Shown here in pieces: positions 1 to 10,500 of a stretch of DNA of 21,170 bases. The notes beneath the pieces were generated by a model that saw only the letters and a program-made list of their open reading frames with translations, did not search any database and had not been told where the DNA came from. Both the position numbers and the translations under genes were made by a program. How positions within the stretch are numbered: position 1 is the stretch's first letter; the number at the start of each line of letters is the position of its first letter. The stretch covers positions 1 to 21,170 of the forward strand of contig JBKPAK010000030.1 of assembly GCA_046726415.1 (NCBI GenBank), given 5' to 3'. Origin of the DNA: Candidatus Methylomirabilota bacterium (GTDB taxonomy: Bacteria; Methylomirabilota; Methylomirabilia; Rokubacteriales; CSP1-6).

Positions 1-2
1 GC

Positions 3-353
3 CTGGCCGCCGCCGACAGCGCCGAGGCCGTTGCCGAGTTGCGGGCCGAGCTGGCCGATCGCTTCGGTCCGCTCCCGGTGGTGGCCGAGCAGCTGCTGGA
101 CACGGTGCGAATCCGGGTGGCCGCCCGAGCGCTCACCGTCGGGAAGATCGAGGTCGGGGAGGGGAAAGTCCTGATCACGTTCGCCCCGAGTACGCCCATC
201 GATCCGCAGCGACTCGTCCAGGCCATCCAGCGAAGCCGGGGTCGGCTTCGCCTCACGCGAGAATTCACGGTGGAAGCGGTCATCCCGCGCGGGGCGTGGC
301 CCGTCGTGCGCGATTCCGTCCTGCGACTTCTGGCGGAGTTGGCGGCCGCATGA
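3..353 (+). CDS. mfd: Transcription-repair coupling factor Mfd, C-terminal TRCF domain (5'-truncated by window edge)
   Basis: Frame open from position 3: LAAADSAEAVAELRAELADRFGPLP...LLDTVRIR. ELxDRFGxxP is the TRCF-domain signature. Stop TGA 351-353 overlaps the next ATG (ATGA). Confidence 0.85.
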   Translation: MAAADSAEAVAELRAELADRFGPLPVVAEQLLDTVRIRVAARALTVGKIEVGEGKVLITFAPSTPIDPQRLVQAIQRSRGRLRLTREFTVEAVIPRGAWPVVRDSVLRLLAELAAA

Positions 354-1453
354 GCTCAGGAGCCCGGGGCGCCCGCCGGCTATGCGTTATCGGCGCGATT
401 ATCGTGGCCGGTGGCTGCGCCGTGCCGGGCTGGGTGCCCTTCGTCAGCAAGAAGGGTGCGCAGCCCCCGGCCGCGACCACCGAAGCTCCCGCCGAGGACA
501 CGACCGCCGCGAAATCACCGCTGTCAGCGTCGGTGACGCCCCGGATCAGCCTGGACGACGACTCGGTGAGCGATCGCGTGGTGGCCATCGTCAACAACGA
601 CGCCATCACCCTCATGGAAGTCCAGGAGACCATCGTGGCGGCCAAACAGGAGAATCGCGGGCCGATGCCGTCCGATGAGGAGCTGGCCAAGGAGCTCCTG
701 ACCCGACTCATCGACATGCGCCTGCAGTTGCAGGAGGCCGACCGGGAGAAGATCACCGTCGACGAGGCCGAGGTCGACGAAGAGCTCGCCGCGCGGCTCA
801 AGAAAGTGCCCGGCGGTCCTACCCGGCAGCAGTTCGAGGAGGCCCTGAAAGCGCAGGGAATGTCCATGGATGCCGTCAAGCGGCGCATTCGCGAGGCCTT
901 GCGCATGTCCAAGGTCGTGCGGCGCAAGGTGACCTTGCGCGTGAGCGTCAACGATGGGGAGATCGAGACCTACCTGGAGCAGAACCGCGATAAGCTCGAA
1001 CAGGGCCTGCCGTACCGAGCCCGCAACATCTTAATCACTCCCGAGGGCGAGGGACCCTCGGACTCAGCGTGGGAAGCCGCTCGGATACGCGCGGACGTGA
1101 TCCGTCAGCAGATCGAGGGTGGCGACGACTTCGGGGAAATGGCCCGTCGGTACTCGCGCGATGCCAGCGCCAAGGACGGAGGCGATCTGGGGACGCTCAA
1201 GCGCGGCGAGCTGGCCGTGGACATCGAGAACGAGATCCTGAAATTGCGACCGGGGCAGATCTCCCAGCCGTACCGGTCGCCTCTCGGCTACCATCTCTTC
1301 AAGCTCGAGTCCAAAGAGACGCTGGAGGGCGAGGGGCTCGCGCGAGCCCGCCAGCAGATTCGGGACATTCTGTTCCGCGAGAAGTACGAGACGCGCCTCA
1401 ATGCCTGGCTGAAGGAGATCAAGCAGCGCGCGCTCATCGAGGTTCGCCTGTGA
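350..1453 (+). CDS. SurA/PrsA-like periplasmic foldase: SurA N-terminal domain plus one parvulin (PpiC) PPIase domain; possible lipoprotein
   Basis: ATG 350 coupled to the mfd stop. Basic then hydrophobic N-terminus ending VAGGC. DRVVAIVNNDAIT (SurA_N start). Parvulin motifs FGEMARRYSRD-SAKDGGDLG and SPLGYHLFKL. Confidence 0.85.
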   Translation: MSSGARGARRLCVIGAIIVAGGCAVPGWVPFVSKKGAQPPAATTEAPAEDTTAAKSPLSASVTPRISLDDDSVSDRVVAIVNNDAITLMEVQETIVAAKQENRGPMPSDEELAKELLTRLIDMRLQLQEADREKITVDEAEVDEELAARLKKVPGGPTRQQFEEALKAQGMSMDAVKRRIREALRMSKVVRRKVTLRVSVNDGEIETYLEQNRDKLEQGLPYRARNILITPEGEGPSDSAWEAARIRADVIRQQIEGGDDFGEMARRYSRDASAKDGGDLGTLKRGELAVDIENEILKLRPGQISQPYRSPLGYHLFKLESKETLEGEGLARARQQIRDILFREKYETRLNAWLKEIKQRALIEVRL

Positions 1454-1464
1454 GGCGAATGTCG

Positions 1465-1493
1465 TTGACAAGGAGCCCGGGCGATGGGAAGAT
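1465..1493 (+). promoter_or_regulatory. Putative sigma70 promoter for rho
   Basis: Perfect TTGACA (1465-1470), 17-nt spacer ending TGG (extended -10 TG), then GAAGAT (1488-1493), in the intergenic gap upstream of rho. Confidence 0.55.
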
Positions 1494-1596
1494 GCGGGGC
1501 GACGCAGCGAGCCATTCCCCAGAGTCCATCTGACGTCCCGAGCCGCAGCATAACTTACTCAATGCGGCGATCAACCGCCGCGTCCGGAGCCTTGTG

Positions 1597-2913
1597 ATGA
1601 GCGCCCGCCGAGAACGTGGCCAAGCCAATGCGACCCAGAACGCCGAGGCCGGAAACGGGATGAACCTGTCCGAGCTGAAGGAGAAGACGATCTCCGAGCT
1701 CAACACGATCGCCCGCGACCTCAGCGTCCAGAACTACAGCGGGCTCCGCAAGCAGGAGCTGATTTTCAAGATCCTCCAGTCCCAGGCCGAGAAGGACGGA
1801 TTGATTTTCGCCGAAGGCGTGCTGGAGGTGCTCCCCGATGGCTTCGGGTTCCTGCGCGCGCCGGACTACAACTATCTGCCCGGCCCCGACGACATCTACG
1901 TCTCCCCCTCCCAGATCCGGCGCTTCGACCTCCGCACGGGCGATACCATCTCGGGCCAGGTGCGCCCGCCCAAGGACACCGAGCGATACTTCGCGCTGCT
2001 CAAGGTCGAGGCCATCAACTTCGAAACGCCCGACCAGGCGCGGGAGAAGATCTTCTTCGACAACCTCACGCCGCTCTATCCCTTGCAGCGGCTGCGCCTG
2101 GAGCACGACGCCGAGGACCTGACTACGCGGGTGATGGATCTCCTCACGCCCATCGGCAAGGGGCAGCGCGGTCTGATCGTGGCGGCGCCGCGCACGGGTA
2201 AGACGATGATGCTGCAGAACATTGCCAACGCCATCGCCAAGAACCACCCCGAGGTCTACCTCATCGTGCTGCTCATCGACGAGCGGCCGGAAGAGGTCAC
2301 GGACATGCAGCGGACGGTGAAGGGCGAGGTCATCTCCTCGACCTTTGACGAGCCGCCCCAGCGGCACATCCAGGTGGCCGACATGGTGATCGAGAAGGCC
2401 AAACGCCTGGTCGAACACAAGCGGGACGTGGTGATCCTCCTCGACTCACTCACCCGCTTCGCCCGGGCCCACAACGCCATCATTCCCTCCTCGGGCAAGG
2501 TGCTCTCGGGCGGTCTGGACGCCAATGCGCTGCAGCGTCCGCGGCGCTTCTTCGCCACCGCGCGCAACATCGAGGAGGGCGGTTCGCTCACCATCATGGC
2601 CACCGCCATCGTGGATACCGGCAGCCGCATGGACGACGTGATCTTCGAGGAGTTCAAGGGGACCGGCAACATGGAGGTCCATCTGGATCGGCGGCTCATG
2701 GACAAGCGCGTGTTCCCCACCATCAATATCGAGCAATCAGGGACGCGCAAGGAGGAGCTGCTCCTGGAGAAGGACGAGCTGCAAAAGGTGTGGCTGCTCC
2801 GCAAGGCCCTTTCCCAGCTCAACCCGGTAGAGGCCATGGAGCTGCTCCTCGACAAGCTCAAGCTCACCAAGACGAACCGGGAGTTCCTGGCCTCGATGCA
2901 CTCTATGGGGTAA
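1597..2913 (+). CDS. rho: Transcription termination factor Rho
   Basis: GFGFLR and [13 protein letters not shown] (RNA-binding domain), Walker [32 protein letters not shown] at 1586-1589 favours ATG 1597. Alternatives are GTG 1594 or ATG 1660 (MNLSELK). Confidence 0.98.
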   Translation: MSARRERGQANATQNAEAGNGMNLSELKEKTISELNTIARDLSVQNYSGLRKQELIFKILQSQAEKDGLIFAEGVLEVLPDGFGFLRAPDYNYLPGPDDIYVSPSQIRRFDLRTGDTISGQVRPPKDTERYFALLKVEAINFETPDQAREKIFFDNLTPLYPLQRLRLEHDAEDLTTRVMDLLTPIGKGQRGLIVAAPRTGKTMMLQNIANAIAKNHPEVYLIVLLIDERPEEVTDMQRTVKGEVISSTFDEPPQRHIQVADMVIEKAKRLVEHKRDVVILLDSLTRFARAHNAIIPSSGKVLSGGLDANALQRPRRFFATARNIEEGGSLTIMATAIVDTGSRMDDVIFEEFKGTGNMEVHLDRRLMDKRVFPTINIEQSGTRKEELLLEKDELQKVWLLRKALSQLNPVEAMELLLDKLKLTKTNREFLASMHSMG

Positions 2914-2978
2914 AGCTCGAAGGGGGCTTCGCCCCTTGCTCCAACGGCGGCTGATCCAACGCGCTCCTTCGTGGAGCG
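2914..2978 (+). other. Two short GC-rich hairpins directly after the rho stop, no U-tract
   Basis: AAGGGG 2920-2925 / CCCCTT 2932-2937 around GCTTCG. CGCTCC 2962-2967 / GGAGCG 2973-2978 around TTCGT. Confidence 0.4.
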
Positions 2979-2990
2979 GCGGGCCCGGGC

Positions 2991-3019
2991 TTGTTGGCGA
3001 GCGACGGGGCTGGTATTGT
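2991..3019 (+). promoter_or_regulatory. Putative extended -10 sigma70 promoter for rpmE-prfA...
   Basis: TTGTTG (2991-2996), 17-nt spacer ending TGG, TATTGT (3014-3019). Followed by SD GGAGG at 3033-3037. Confidence 0.5.
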
Positions 3020-3044
3020 TGAGACTCCTCAGGGAGGTGTGAGC

Positions 3045-3260
3045 GTGAAGGTGGGCATTCACCCAAACTACGTCGATACGACGATCACCTGCGCCTGCGG
3101 CGAGGTCATCCACACCCGGTCGACTCGACCCGAGATTCGGGTGGAAATCTGCTCCCGGTGTCATCCCTTCTTCACCGGTAAGCAGAAGATCCTCGACACC
3201 GCCGGCCGCGTCGAGCGGTTCCAGCGGAAGTACAAGCGCGAAACCCCGGCCGCCTCGTAG
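3045..3260 (+). CDS. rpmE: 50S ribosomal protein bL31, zinc-binding (C+) type
   Basis: GTG start after [14 protein letters not shown]...CACG...[15 protein letters not shown]...[10 protein letters not shown], with all four Cys retained. Confidence 0.97.
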   Translation: MKVGIHPNYVDTTITCACGEVIHTRSTRPEIRVEICSRCHPFFTGKQKILDTAGRVERFQRKYKRETPAAS

Positions 3261-3282
3261 GGCGTCCGCCTGCCCCCGGCGG

Positions 3283-3310
3283 CGACCGCCCCCCGGTCCG
3301 GGGGCGGTCG
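3283..3310 (+). other. Perfect 11-bp GC-rich inverted repeat between rpmE and prfA
   Basis: CGACCGCCCCC (3283-3293) / GGGGGCGGTCG (3300-3310), loop CGGTCC. No poly-T on either side. Immediately followed by GGAG. Confidence 0.6.
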
Positions 3311-3324
3311 GGAGCCCCTAATCC

Positions 3325-4395
3325 ATGATGCTGTTCGAGACCCTGCGCCAGATCGAGGACCGCTCGCAGCAGATTGCCCGGGCACTGGCCGATCCGGGCG
3401 CCCCCACCCGACCTGACTACGCGCGCCTGCGCAAGGAGCACGCCGAGACCACGGAGATCGTCGCGCGCTTCGCCGAGTATCGCGACGTGCTCAAGCAGCT
3501 CGCCGATGCCCGCCCGCTCGTTCTGAGCAGCGACCGCGAGATGCAGGAGTTGGCGCAGGCCGAGGTGGCATCGCTGGAAGGTCGACAGTCGACCCTGGAG
3601 AACGAGATCAAGCGGCTGCTGATTCCGAAGGATCCCAACGATGAGAGGAACGTCTTCGTCGAGATACGGGCCGGCGCCGGCGGCGACGAGGCCGCACTTT
3701 TCGCGGCCGACCTCGCCCGCATGTACCAGAAGTACGCGGAGCGCCAGCGCTGGAAGGTGGAAATCATGGATGCCAGCCCGACCGGGGTGGGCGGCCTCAA
3801 GGAGGTCGTCCTCTTTGTTCAGGGCCGCGGCGCCTGGAGCCGGCTGAAGTTCGAGCGAGGCGTGCACCGCGTGCAGCGCGTGCCCGCCACTGAGGCCAGC
3901 GGTCGCATCCACACGTCGACCGTCACCGTCGCCGTGCTCCCGGAGGCAGAAGAGGTTGACGTCAAGATCGAAGAGAAGGATCTGAAAGTCGACGTCTATC
4001 GCGCCTCGGGGCCGGGCGGGCAGGGGGTCAACACCACGGATTCCGCCGTGCGCATCACGCACATGCCCACCGGGCTCGTCGTCACCTGTCAGGACGAGCG
4101 TTCTCAGCTCAAGAACCGGGCCAAGGCGCTGCGCGTGCTGCGCGCGCGCCTGCTCGAGCGGGCGCAAGAGGAGCAGGCGGCCGCCATTGCTGCCGACCGC
4201 CGGAGCCAGGTGGGGACCGGGGAGCGCAGTGAGCGGATCCGCACCTATAATATCCCGCAGACCCGGATCACCGACCATCGGATCGGGCTCACGCTCCACC
4301 GGCTCCCCGACCTGCTGGAGGGCGACCTCGACGAAGTCATCGACGCCCTCAGCGCCGCGGAGCAGGCGGAAAAGCTCGAGCGCGTCGCCCATTGA
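3325..4395 (+). CDS. prfA: Peptide chain release factor 1
   Basis: [15 protein letters not shown] (GGQ motif), RF1-specific PxT motif in [19 protein letters not shown]. Start is ATG 3325 or 3328. Confidence 0.98.
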   Translation: MMLFETLRQIEDRSQQIARALADPGAPTRPDYARLRKEHAETTEIVARFAEYRDVLKQLADARPLVLSSDREMQELAQAEVASLEGRQSTLENEIKRLLIPKDPNDERNVFVEIRAGAGGDEAALFAADLARMYQKYAERQRWKVEIMDASPTGVGGLKEVVLFVQGRGAWSRLKFERGVHRVQRVPATEASGRIHTSTVTVAVLPEAEEVDVKIEEKDLKVDVYRASGPGGQGVNTTDSAVRITHMPTGLVVTCQDERSQLKNRAKALRVLRARLLERAQEEQAAAIAADRRSQVGTGERSERIRTYNIPQTRITDHRIGLTLHRLPDLLEGDLDEVIDALSAAEQAEKLERVAH

Positions 4396-4408
4396 GAGCG
4401 CGAAGTCC

Positions 4409-5287
4409 ATGAAACCGACCCTTTCCGACGCCGAAACTCCCACGCGTCGAGACGCCATCGCCTCGGCCCGCGATGTCCTAGCCAAAGCAGGGATCGAATC
4501 GGCCCGGGCCGACGCCGAATGGCTACTGGCCGGGATTCTCGGTATCGGGAGGGCGGGACTCCACCTCGACGCCGCTCTCCTGCCGGGCGTGGCCAGACGA
4601 TACGAGCGCGCGGTGTGTCGCCGCGCCACTCGCGAGCCCCTCCAGCGCATCCTGGGCTGGGAGGAGTTCGACGGACTGCGTTTCCGCCTGACCGAGGCGG
4701 TCCTGGTCCCGCGCCCCGAGACGGAGATGCTCGTGGACTGGGCACTCGCGCTGGTGCCGCGACCCCTGCCGGGCCGTCGCCTCCGTGCGATCGACGTGGG
4801 AACGGGCTCGGGATGCATCGCGTGTAGCATCGCCCGGCGGCGGGCCGACGTCGATGTCGTGGCGCTGGACATCTCGTTCGAGGCGGCCGCGATAGCGCAG
4901 GCCAACGCGACCGACCTCGGTCTCGGCGATCGAGTGCGCGTCGTCGCTGGCGACCTCCTGGCCACCCTACGGCGGGGACGCGCGGATCTGGTCATCTCGA
5001 ATCCTCCCTACCTGGCCACGGGCATTCTGGCGTCCCTCGAGCCCGAGGTGGCCACGCATGAGCCCCGGGTGGCCCTGGATGGCGGCCCTGATGGACTCGA
5101 GGTGATCAGGCGACTGGTGCGCGAGGCGCGGGAGGGACTTGCCCCTCGCGGCGCGCTCGTCTTCGAGACCGCGGGTGGTCCCCAGGCACATGCCGTGGTG
5201 CGCCTCATGAACGAGGCGGGCTTTCGACAGGTCCTGGTCCACAATGACCTGGTAGGGATCGAACGCTTCGTGGCCGGGAGGGCCTGA
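4409..5287 (+). CDS. prmC: Release factor glutamine methyltransferase (HemK)
   Basis: [20 protein letters not shown]-binding [10 protein letters not shown], catalytic [13 protein letters not shown]. Follows prfA. Start position is approximate. Confidence 0.95.
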   Translation: MKPTLSDAETPTRRDAIASARDVLAKAGIESARADAEWLLAGILGIGRAGLHLDAALLPGVARRYERAVCRRATREPLQRILGWEEFDGLRFRLTEAVLVPRPETEMLVDWALALVPRPLPGRRLRAIDVGTGSGCIACSIARRRADVDVVALDISFEAAAIAQANATDLGLGDRVRVVAGDLLATLRRGRADLVISNPPYLATGILASLEPEVATHEPRVALDGGPDGLEVIRRLVREAREGLAPRGALVFETAGGPQAHAVVRLMNEAGFRQVLVHNDLVGIERFVAGRA

Positions 5288-6540
5288 TGCCAGCACAGCT
5301 TCAGATCGAAGGCGGGGTTACCTTGCGGGGAATGGTGGCCCCGAGCGCCGCCAAGAACGCCGCGCTTCCGGCCCTGGCGGCGTGCCTGCTGACGGGGGCT
5401 TCCGTCGAAATCGCCAATCTCCCCGACCTCAACGACGTCCGCACCATGCTGAAGTTGCTGGAGACGCTCGGGGCCAACATAGAGCACCTGGCGGGAGCGA
5501 CCCGGGTGAGGGTCGAGCGCGTGGCGGACGACCTCGCGCCGTATGAGCTGGTCTCGACCATGCGCGCCTCTGTCCTCGTCCTGGGCCCGCTCGTGGCGCG
5601 CCACGGCTCGGCGCGGGTGGCCCTGCCAGGCGGGTGTGCCATCGGGGTGAGGCCCATCGATCAGCACCTGAAGGGTCTCGCCAGACTCGGTGCCGAGGTG
5701 TCGATCGAGAACGGGTATGTCGTGGCGCGAGCCAGCCGGCTCAAGGCCGTGCGCATCACCACCGACCTCGTCACCGTGACGGGAACCGAGAACCTCATGA
5801 TGGCGGCGTCCCTGGCCGAGGGCACCACCCTCATCGAGAACGCCGCGCGAGAGCCTGAAGTGGTCGACCTCGCCGTCCTGCTGAATGCCATGGGGGCGAG
5901 AATTCAGGGTGCGGGCAGTGCGCGAATCGAGATCGAGGGAGTTCCCGAACTGGACGGAGCCATCCATCAGGTCGTGCCGGACCGCATCGAGGCGGGCACG
6001 CTCATCGTCGCCGGCGCGATCACCGGAGGTGATGTCACGGTGAAGGGCGTCGTCTCCGATCACCTGTCCGCTGTGCTCGCCAAGCTGGAGGAGGCTGGCG
6101 TGATGCTCGACGTGATGCCGACCTCGGTGCGCGTACGCGCGGCGGGCCGGCCCCGACCGACGGACATCGTCACCAGCCCCTTCCCGGGGTTTCCGACCGA
6201 CATGCAGGCGCAGATGATGGCGCTCTTGGGGCTCGCCGACGGCCAGTGCCGGATCACCGAGACCATTTTCGAGAACCGCTTCATGCACGCGGCGGAGCTT
6301 TCCCGCATGGGGGCGAGCATTGCTGCCGATGGCTCAACGGCGGTGGTGCGTGGCGTTCCCGGCTACCAGGGGGCCCCCGTGATGGCCTCCGATCTGCGCG
6401 CGTCGGCGGCGTTGGTGTTGGCCGGCCTGGCCGCCCGTGGACGCACGACCGTGTCCCGCGTCTATCATCTGGACCGGGGCTACGAGCGTCTCGATGCCAA
6501 GCTGGCCAGTCTCGGGGCCAGGATCGTCAGACGGTCGTGA
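5287..6540 (+). CDS. murA: UDP-N-acetylglucosamine 1-carboxyvinyltransferase
   Basis: [29 protein letters not shown] (active-site Cys retained), [30 protein letters not shown] coupling to prmC. Confidence 0.98.
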   Translation: MPAQLQIEGGVTLRGMVAPSAAKNAALPALAACLLTGASVEIANLPDLNDVRTMLKLLETLGANIEHLAGATRVRVERVADDLAPYELVSTMRASVLVLGPLVARHGSARVALPGGCAIGVRPIDQHLKGLARLGAEVSIENGYVVARASRLKAVRITTDLVTVTGTENLMMAASLAEGTTLIENAAREPEVVDLAVLLNAMGARIQGAGSARIEIEGVPELDGAIHQVVPDRIEAGTLIVAGAITGGDVTVKGVVSDHLSAVLAKLEEAGVMLDVMPTSVRVRAAGRPRPTDIVTSPFPGFPTDMQAQMMALLGLADGQCRITETIFENRFMHAAELSRMGASIAADGSTAVVRGVPGYQGAPVMASDLRASAALVLAGLAARGRTTVSRVYHLDRGYERLDAKLASLGARIVRRS

Positions 6541-7190
6541 AGGAGCGCCTCACGCTCGCCCTTCCCAAGGGGCGTCTGCTCGAAGGCGCCCTCGGCCTGC
6601 TGCGCGAGCTGGGGGTGGCGGCCGTCGACTCGGAGTCGCGCCGGCTGATCTTCACCGATCCCGGTCGGCGGCTGCGCCTGCTCCTCCTCAAGCCGGCTGA
6701 CGTTCCCGCCTACGTCACCCATGGTGCCGCCGACCTCGGCATCGTCGGGCAGGATATCCTACTCGAGCAGCAGCCGGACGTCTACGAGCCACTCGATCTC
6801 GGCTTCGGATTTTGCCGCCTGGTGGTGGCCGAGCGCCACGAGTTGTTCGAGCGCGACGACCCCGCGAAGTGGTCCTGGGTGCGCGTGGCCACCAAGTATC
6901 CGCGGCTGACCGAGCAATACTTCTCGAGCCGTGGCATCCAGGTCGAGATCGTCCACCTCGACGGCTCCGTGGAGCTGGCGCCTCTGGTGGGGCTCGCCGA
7001 CCGGATCGTGGATCTCGTGCAGTCGGGAGAGACGCTGCGGGTCAACGGTCTCGTGGAGGTCGCGGAGATCACCCGGTCCACCGCGCGGCTGATCGTGAAC
7101 CGGGCCTCCATGAAGACCGAGTACGTCGCCGTGACCCGCTTGGTGGACGAAATGCGCGCGCGGGTGGGGCCGGCGTTGGCCGCGCGATGA
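6537..7190 (+). CDS. hisG: ATP phosphoribosyltransferase, short form (217 aa, no C-terminal regulatory domain)
   Basis: GTG overlapping the murA stop. [56 protein letters not shown]. Confidence 0.95.
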   Translation: MKERLTLALPKGRLLEGALGLLRELGVAAVDSESRRLIFTDPGRRLRLLLLKPADVPAYVTHGAADLGIVGQDILLEQQPDVYEPLDLGFGFCRLVVAERHELFERDDPAKWSWVRVATKYPRLTEQYFSSRGIQVEIVHLDGSVELAPLVGLADRIVDLVQSGETLRVNGLVEVAEITRSTARLIVNRASMKTEYVAVTRLVDEMRARVGPALAAR

Positions 7191-8521
7191 GCACGTCGGC
7201 TCCCATCCGGACTCTCGATGCCCGCGCCCTTGGCGCCGACGCGGTGGTGTCCCGACTGGAGCGCCCTCCCTCCAAGGTCGAGGCTGGCGTCCTGACCGCG
7301 GTCGACGACATTCTGGCAGCCGTGCGCGAACGAGGCGACGACGCGCTCGTCGAGCTGACCGCCCGCTTCGACCGCTTCGCGGCGCGCACCGCCCGGGATC
7401 TCGCCATCGCCCACGCCGACTTCGCGGCGGCGGAGCGGGCGCTGCCGCCGGATGTTCACGCGGCGCTGCGCTACGCCGCCGGGCGCATCGAGCGCTATCA
7501 CGCGGCGGCCTTGCCGAAGTCGTGGCGGATCACCGACGAGCATGGCTCTGTCCTGGGACAGGAGATCCGGGCGCTCGACCGGGTGGGCGTCTACATCCCG
7601 GGCGGGCGCGCCGCGTATCCCTCCACCGTACTGATGACCGTCATTCCCGCCCGGGTCGCCGGCGTCTCCGAGATCGTCCTGGTCACCCCGCCTCACCCGG
7701 ACGGCCGCGTGGAACCCGCCGTGCTCGCAGCAGCCCGTCTGGCGGGCGTCACCGAAGGGTATCGGATCGGCGGCGCCCAGGCCGTCGCGGCCTTGGCCTA
7801 TGGCACGGCCACGATCCGGCGCGCGGACAAGATCGTCGGACCCGGCAACATCTACGTGGCGCTGGCCAAGCGCGCCGTCTTCGGGGAGGTGGGCATCGAC
7901 ATGATGGCGGGGCCGAGCGAAGTCGTGATCATCGCCGACGACTCGGCTGACCCCGCGTGGCTGGCCGCCGACCTTCTCGCCCAGGCCGAGCACGACCCCA
8001 TGGCCCGCGCGTTGCTGATCACCGATGCCCCCGCATTGGCCTCGAAGGTGGCGAGCGCGGTGGCGCACCAACTCGCTCAGCTGCCGCGCCGGACTATCGC
8101 CGCCGAGTCGATCGAGGCCAACGGAGCGATCGTGCTGACCCCGAACCTCGATGCGGCGATCGAGCTGGCCAACCGCTTCGCCCCCGAGCACCTGGAGCTC
8201 TGCGTGCGAGTCCCCGCCGCACTGCTGGCACGGGTACGTCATGCGGGCGCCGTGTTCCTGGGAGGACACACTCCTGAGGTGGTGGGTGACTATGTGGCGG
8301 GGCCGAACCACGTCCTGCCGACGGGCGGGACCGCCCGGTTCGCGTCGCCGCTGGGCACCGAAGACTTCGTGACCAGGTCGAGCGTGATCGAGTACACGCC
8401 GGCCGGCTTGCTCGCGGCCCTGCCGCATGTGCGGAGCCTCACCGCGGTGGAGGGTCTCCACGGCCATGGCACGGCCGCCGAAGTGCGTGTGCGAGGAGGG
8501 GGAGCGCGACATGGGCAGTGA
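7187..8521 (+). CDS. hisD: Histidinol dehydrogenase
   Basis: GVYIPGGRAAYPS, GGAQAVAALAYG, GPGNIYVA, IDMMAGPSE, DLLAQAEHD, APEHLEL, GDYVAGPNHVLPT. ATGA coupling to hisG. Confidence 0.97.
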   Translation: MSTSAPIRTLDARALGADAVVSRLERPPSKVEAGVLTAVDDILAAVRERGDDALVELTARFDRFAARTARDLAIAHADFAAAERALPPDVHAALRYAAGRIERYHAAALPKSWRITDEHGSVLGQEIRALDRVGVYIPGGRAAYPSTVLMTVIPARVAGVSEIVLVTPPHPDGRVEPAVLAAARLAGVTEGYRIGGAQAVAALAYGTATIRRADKIVGPGNIYVALAKRAVFGEVGIDMMAGPSEVVIIADDSADPAWLAADLLAQAEHDPMARALLITDAPALASKVASAVAHQLAQLPRRTIAAESIEANGAIVLTPNLDAAIELANRFAPEHLELCVRVPAALLARVRHAGAVFLGGHTPEVVGDYVAGPNHVLPTGGTARFASPLGTEDFVTRSSVIEYTPAGLLAALPHVRSLTAVEGLHGHGTAAEVRVRGGGARHGQ

Positions 8522-9116
8522 ATTGACGCCGCGAGGGGCGCGGGTCGAACGGAAGACCAAGGAAACGCAGATCCTGCTGCGATTGGAACTCGACGGGACC
8601 GGTCTGTCCAACGTGGAGACGGGCATCCCGTTCTTCAATCACATGCTCGAGGCCTGGTCGAAGCACGGCCTGATGGATCTCGCCGTGGACGCCAAGGGCG
8701 ATCTGGACGTCGATCTGCACCACACCGTGGAAGACGTCGGACTGGCGCTGGGGCGGGCGCTCGATGCGGCGCTTGGCGACAAGAAAGGTATCGTCCGCTT
8801 CGGAACGGCATTCGTCCCCATGGACGAAACGCTGGTGCAGGCCGCGGTGGATCTGTCCGGCCGTCCCTACATCGTTTTCAACGTGCCGCTGCAGCGGACA
8901 CGCATCGGAAACTTCGATCTCGACTTGCTCAAGGACTTCTTCCGCGCGTTCGCCACCGAGGCCAAGATGAACCTGCACGTCACCATGCACTACGGCGAGA
9001 ACCTCCACCACGTTGCCGAGGCCGTCTTCAAGGCGGTGGGACGCGCCCTGGCCGAGGCGACGCGACTCAACCCTCGCATCGCGGGCATCCTGCCCACCAC
9101 CAAGGGCGCCCTGTGA
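8511..9116 (+). CDS. hisB: Imidazoleglycerol-phosphate dehydratase (monofunctional)
   Basis: RKTKETQI, FFNHML, DLHHTVED, PMDE, NLHHVAEAVFKA, PTTKGAL. Purine-rich SD before ATG 8511. No N-terminal phosphatase domain. Confidence 0.97.
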   Translation: MGSELTPRGARVERKTKETQILLRLELDGTGLSNVETGIPFFNHMLEAWSKHGLMDLAVDAKGDLDVDLHHTVEDVGLALGRALDAALGDKKGIVRFGTAFVPMDETLVQAAVDLSGRPYIVFNVPLQRTRIGNFDLDLLKDFFRAFATEAKMNLHVTMHYGENLHHVAEAVFKAVGRALAEATRLNPRIAGILPTTKGAL

Positions 9117-9757
9117 TCGCCATCGTGGACTACGGGCGCGGCAACCTGGCCAGCGTCCAGCGCGCCTTCGCGCGCGTCGACATGCCCGCCGTGGTCACCC
9201 AGGATGCCCGGGTCGTGGATGAAGCCGACGGAGTGGTGATCCCCGGTGACGGCGCCTTCCACGACGCCATGTGCAGTCTGGAGACCCTCGGATTGCTGCC
9301 CGCGTTGCGCCGGGCCTTGGACGGCACCCGACCCTTCTTGGGTATCTGCCTCGGCTACCAACTTTTGTTCTCGACCAGCGAGGAATTCGGCGAGGGCCGC
9401 GGCCTCGATGTGATCCCGGGCCGCGTGCGCCGCTTTCCCTCCGGGCCCAAGGTGCCCCACATGGGCTGGAACCGAGTGCACCATGGTGGGCGCCTCCAGC
9501 TCTTCGAGGGCATCCCGGACGAGGCGCACTTTTACTTCGTGCACTCGTACTACCCGGAGCCTATGGGGCTCCAGGCGGACGCGCGCCGCCCGCTGGTCCT
9601 CGCGTGGTGCGAATACGGCGTGCGCTTTCCCGCGGCCATGGAGTGGGGACTGATCGCGGCGACGCAGTTTCACCCCGAGAAGAGTCAGCGCTGGGGCATC
9701 CGACTCCTGGAGAACTTCGCCGCCCACGTCCGCGGCCGAGTGCCCGCGCGGGCATGA
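9113..9757 (+). CDS. hisH: Imidazole glycerol phosphate synthase, glutaminase subunit
   Basis: IVDYGRGNL, GICLGYQ (catalytic Cys), PHMGWN, YFVHSY, QFHPEKS. Confidence 0.97.
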   Translation: MIAIVDYGRGNLASVQRAFARVDMPAVVTQDARVVDEADGVVIPGDGAFHDAMCSLETLGLLPALRRALDGTRPFLGICLGYQLLFSTSEEFGEGRGLDVIPGRVRRFPSGPKVPHMGWNRVHHGGRLQLFEGIPDEAHFYFVHSYYPEPMGLQADARRPLVLAWCEYGVRFPAAMEWGLIAATQFHPEKSQRWGIRLLENFAAHVRGRVPARA

Positions 9758-10500
9758 TCGTCATCCCTGCGATCGACGTCCGTGACGGACGTTGCGTTCG
9801 CCTGCGCCAGGGGGGGCCGGACGCCGAGACGGTCTTCGCTGACGATCCCGTGGCCATGGCGCAGCGCTGGGCGTCCTGCGGTGCGCGGCGGCTCCACGTG
9901 GTCGACCTCGACGGTGCCTTCGCCAGCGCGCCGCGCCAGACGGCGCTGATCGAAGAAATGGTCGCTGCCGTAGCCCCGGTCCCCGTCGAGGTCGGCGGGG
10001 GCCTGCGCGACGAAGTGGCCATCGAAACCATCCTCAGCGCGGGCGCGCGCTGGGCGGTGATTGGCACGCGGGCGGCCCTCGACGCCACCTTTCTCCGCGA
10101 GGTCGGTCGTCGCTGGGCTGACCGGATCATCGTCGCCGTCGATGCCCGGGGAGATCGCGTGGCCGTGAAGGGGTGGACCGAGGTCAGCGCCGAGACGGTC
10201 GTGGATGTCGGGCGTCGCGCCCGCGCCGCCGGTGCCGCCGCCCTCCTCTACACGGACATCAGTCGTGACGGCACCGGGCTCGGACCGAATGCGTCGGCCA
10301 CGGCCGCGCTGGCGCTCGCCGTGGCCATGCCGGTGCTGGCGTCTGGGGGAGTGGCCGGCCTCGATGACTTGCGAGCGCTGGCGTCGGTCCCCGGAGTGAC
10401 TGGCGCCGTGGTGGGGCGGGCCCTTTACACCGGAGCCATCGACCTGCGCGAGGCCCTGGCGGTGATCGAGGGGCGGCAAACGTGCTCACCAAGCGCCTGA
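9754..10500 (+). CDS. hisA: ProFAR isomerase HisA
   Basis: [59 protein letters not shown] coupling to hisH. Confidence 0.96.
   Translation: MIVIPAIDVRDGRCVRLRQGGPDAETVFADDPVAMAQRWASCGARRLHVVDLDGAFASAPRQTALIEEMVAAVAPVPVEVGGGLRDEVAIETILSAGARWAVIGTRAALDATFLREVGRRWADRIIVAVDARGDRVAVKGWTEVSAETVVDVGRRARAAGAAALLYTDISRDGTGLGPNASATAALALAVAMPVLASGGVAGLDDLRALASVPGVTGAVVGRALYTGAIDLREALAVIEGRQTCSPSA

Noticed and set aside
2914..2940. Intrinsic terminator after rho
   Set aside because: A hairpin is present but no U-tract follows, so it is kept only as an unassigned hairpin.
5626..5655. Fosfomycin-resistant MurA variant
   Set aside because: The active-site Cys is retained (PGGCAIG), not replaced by Asp.
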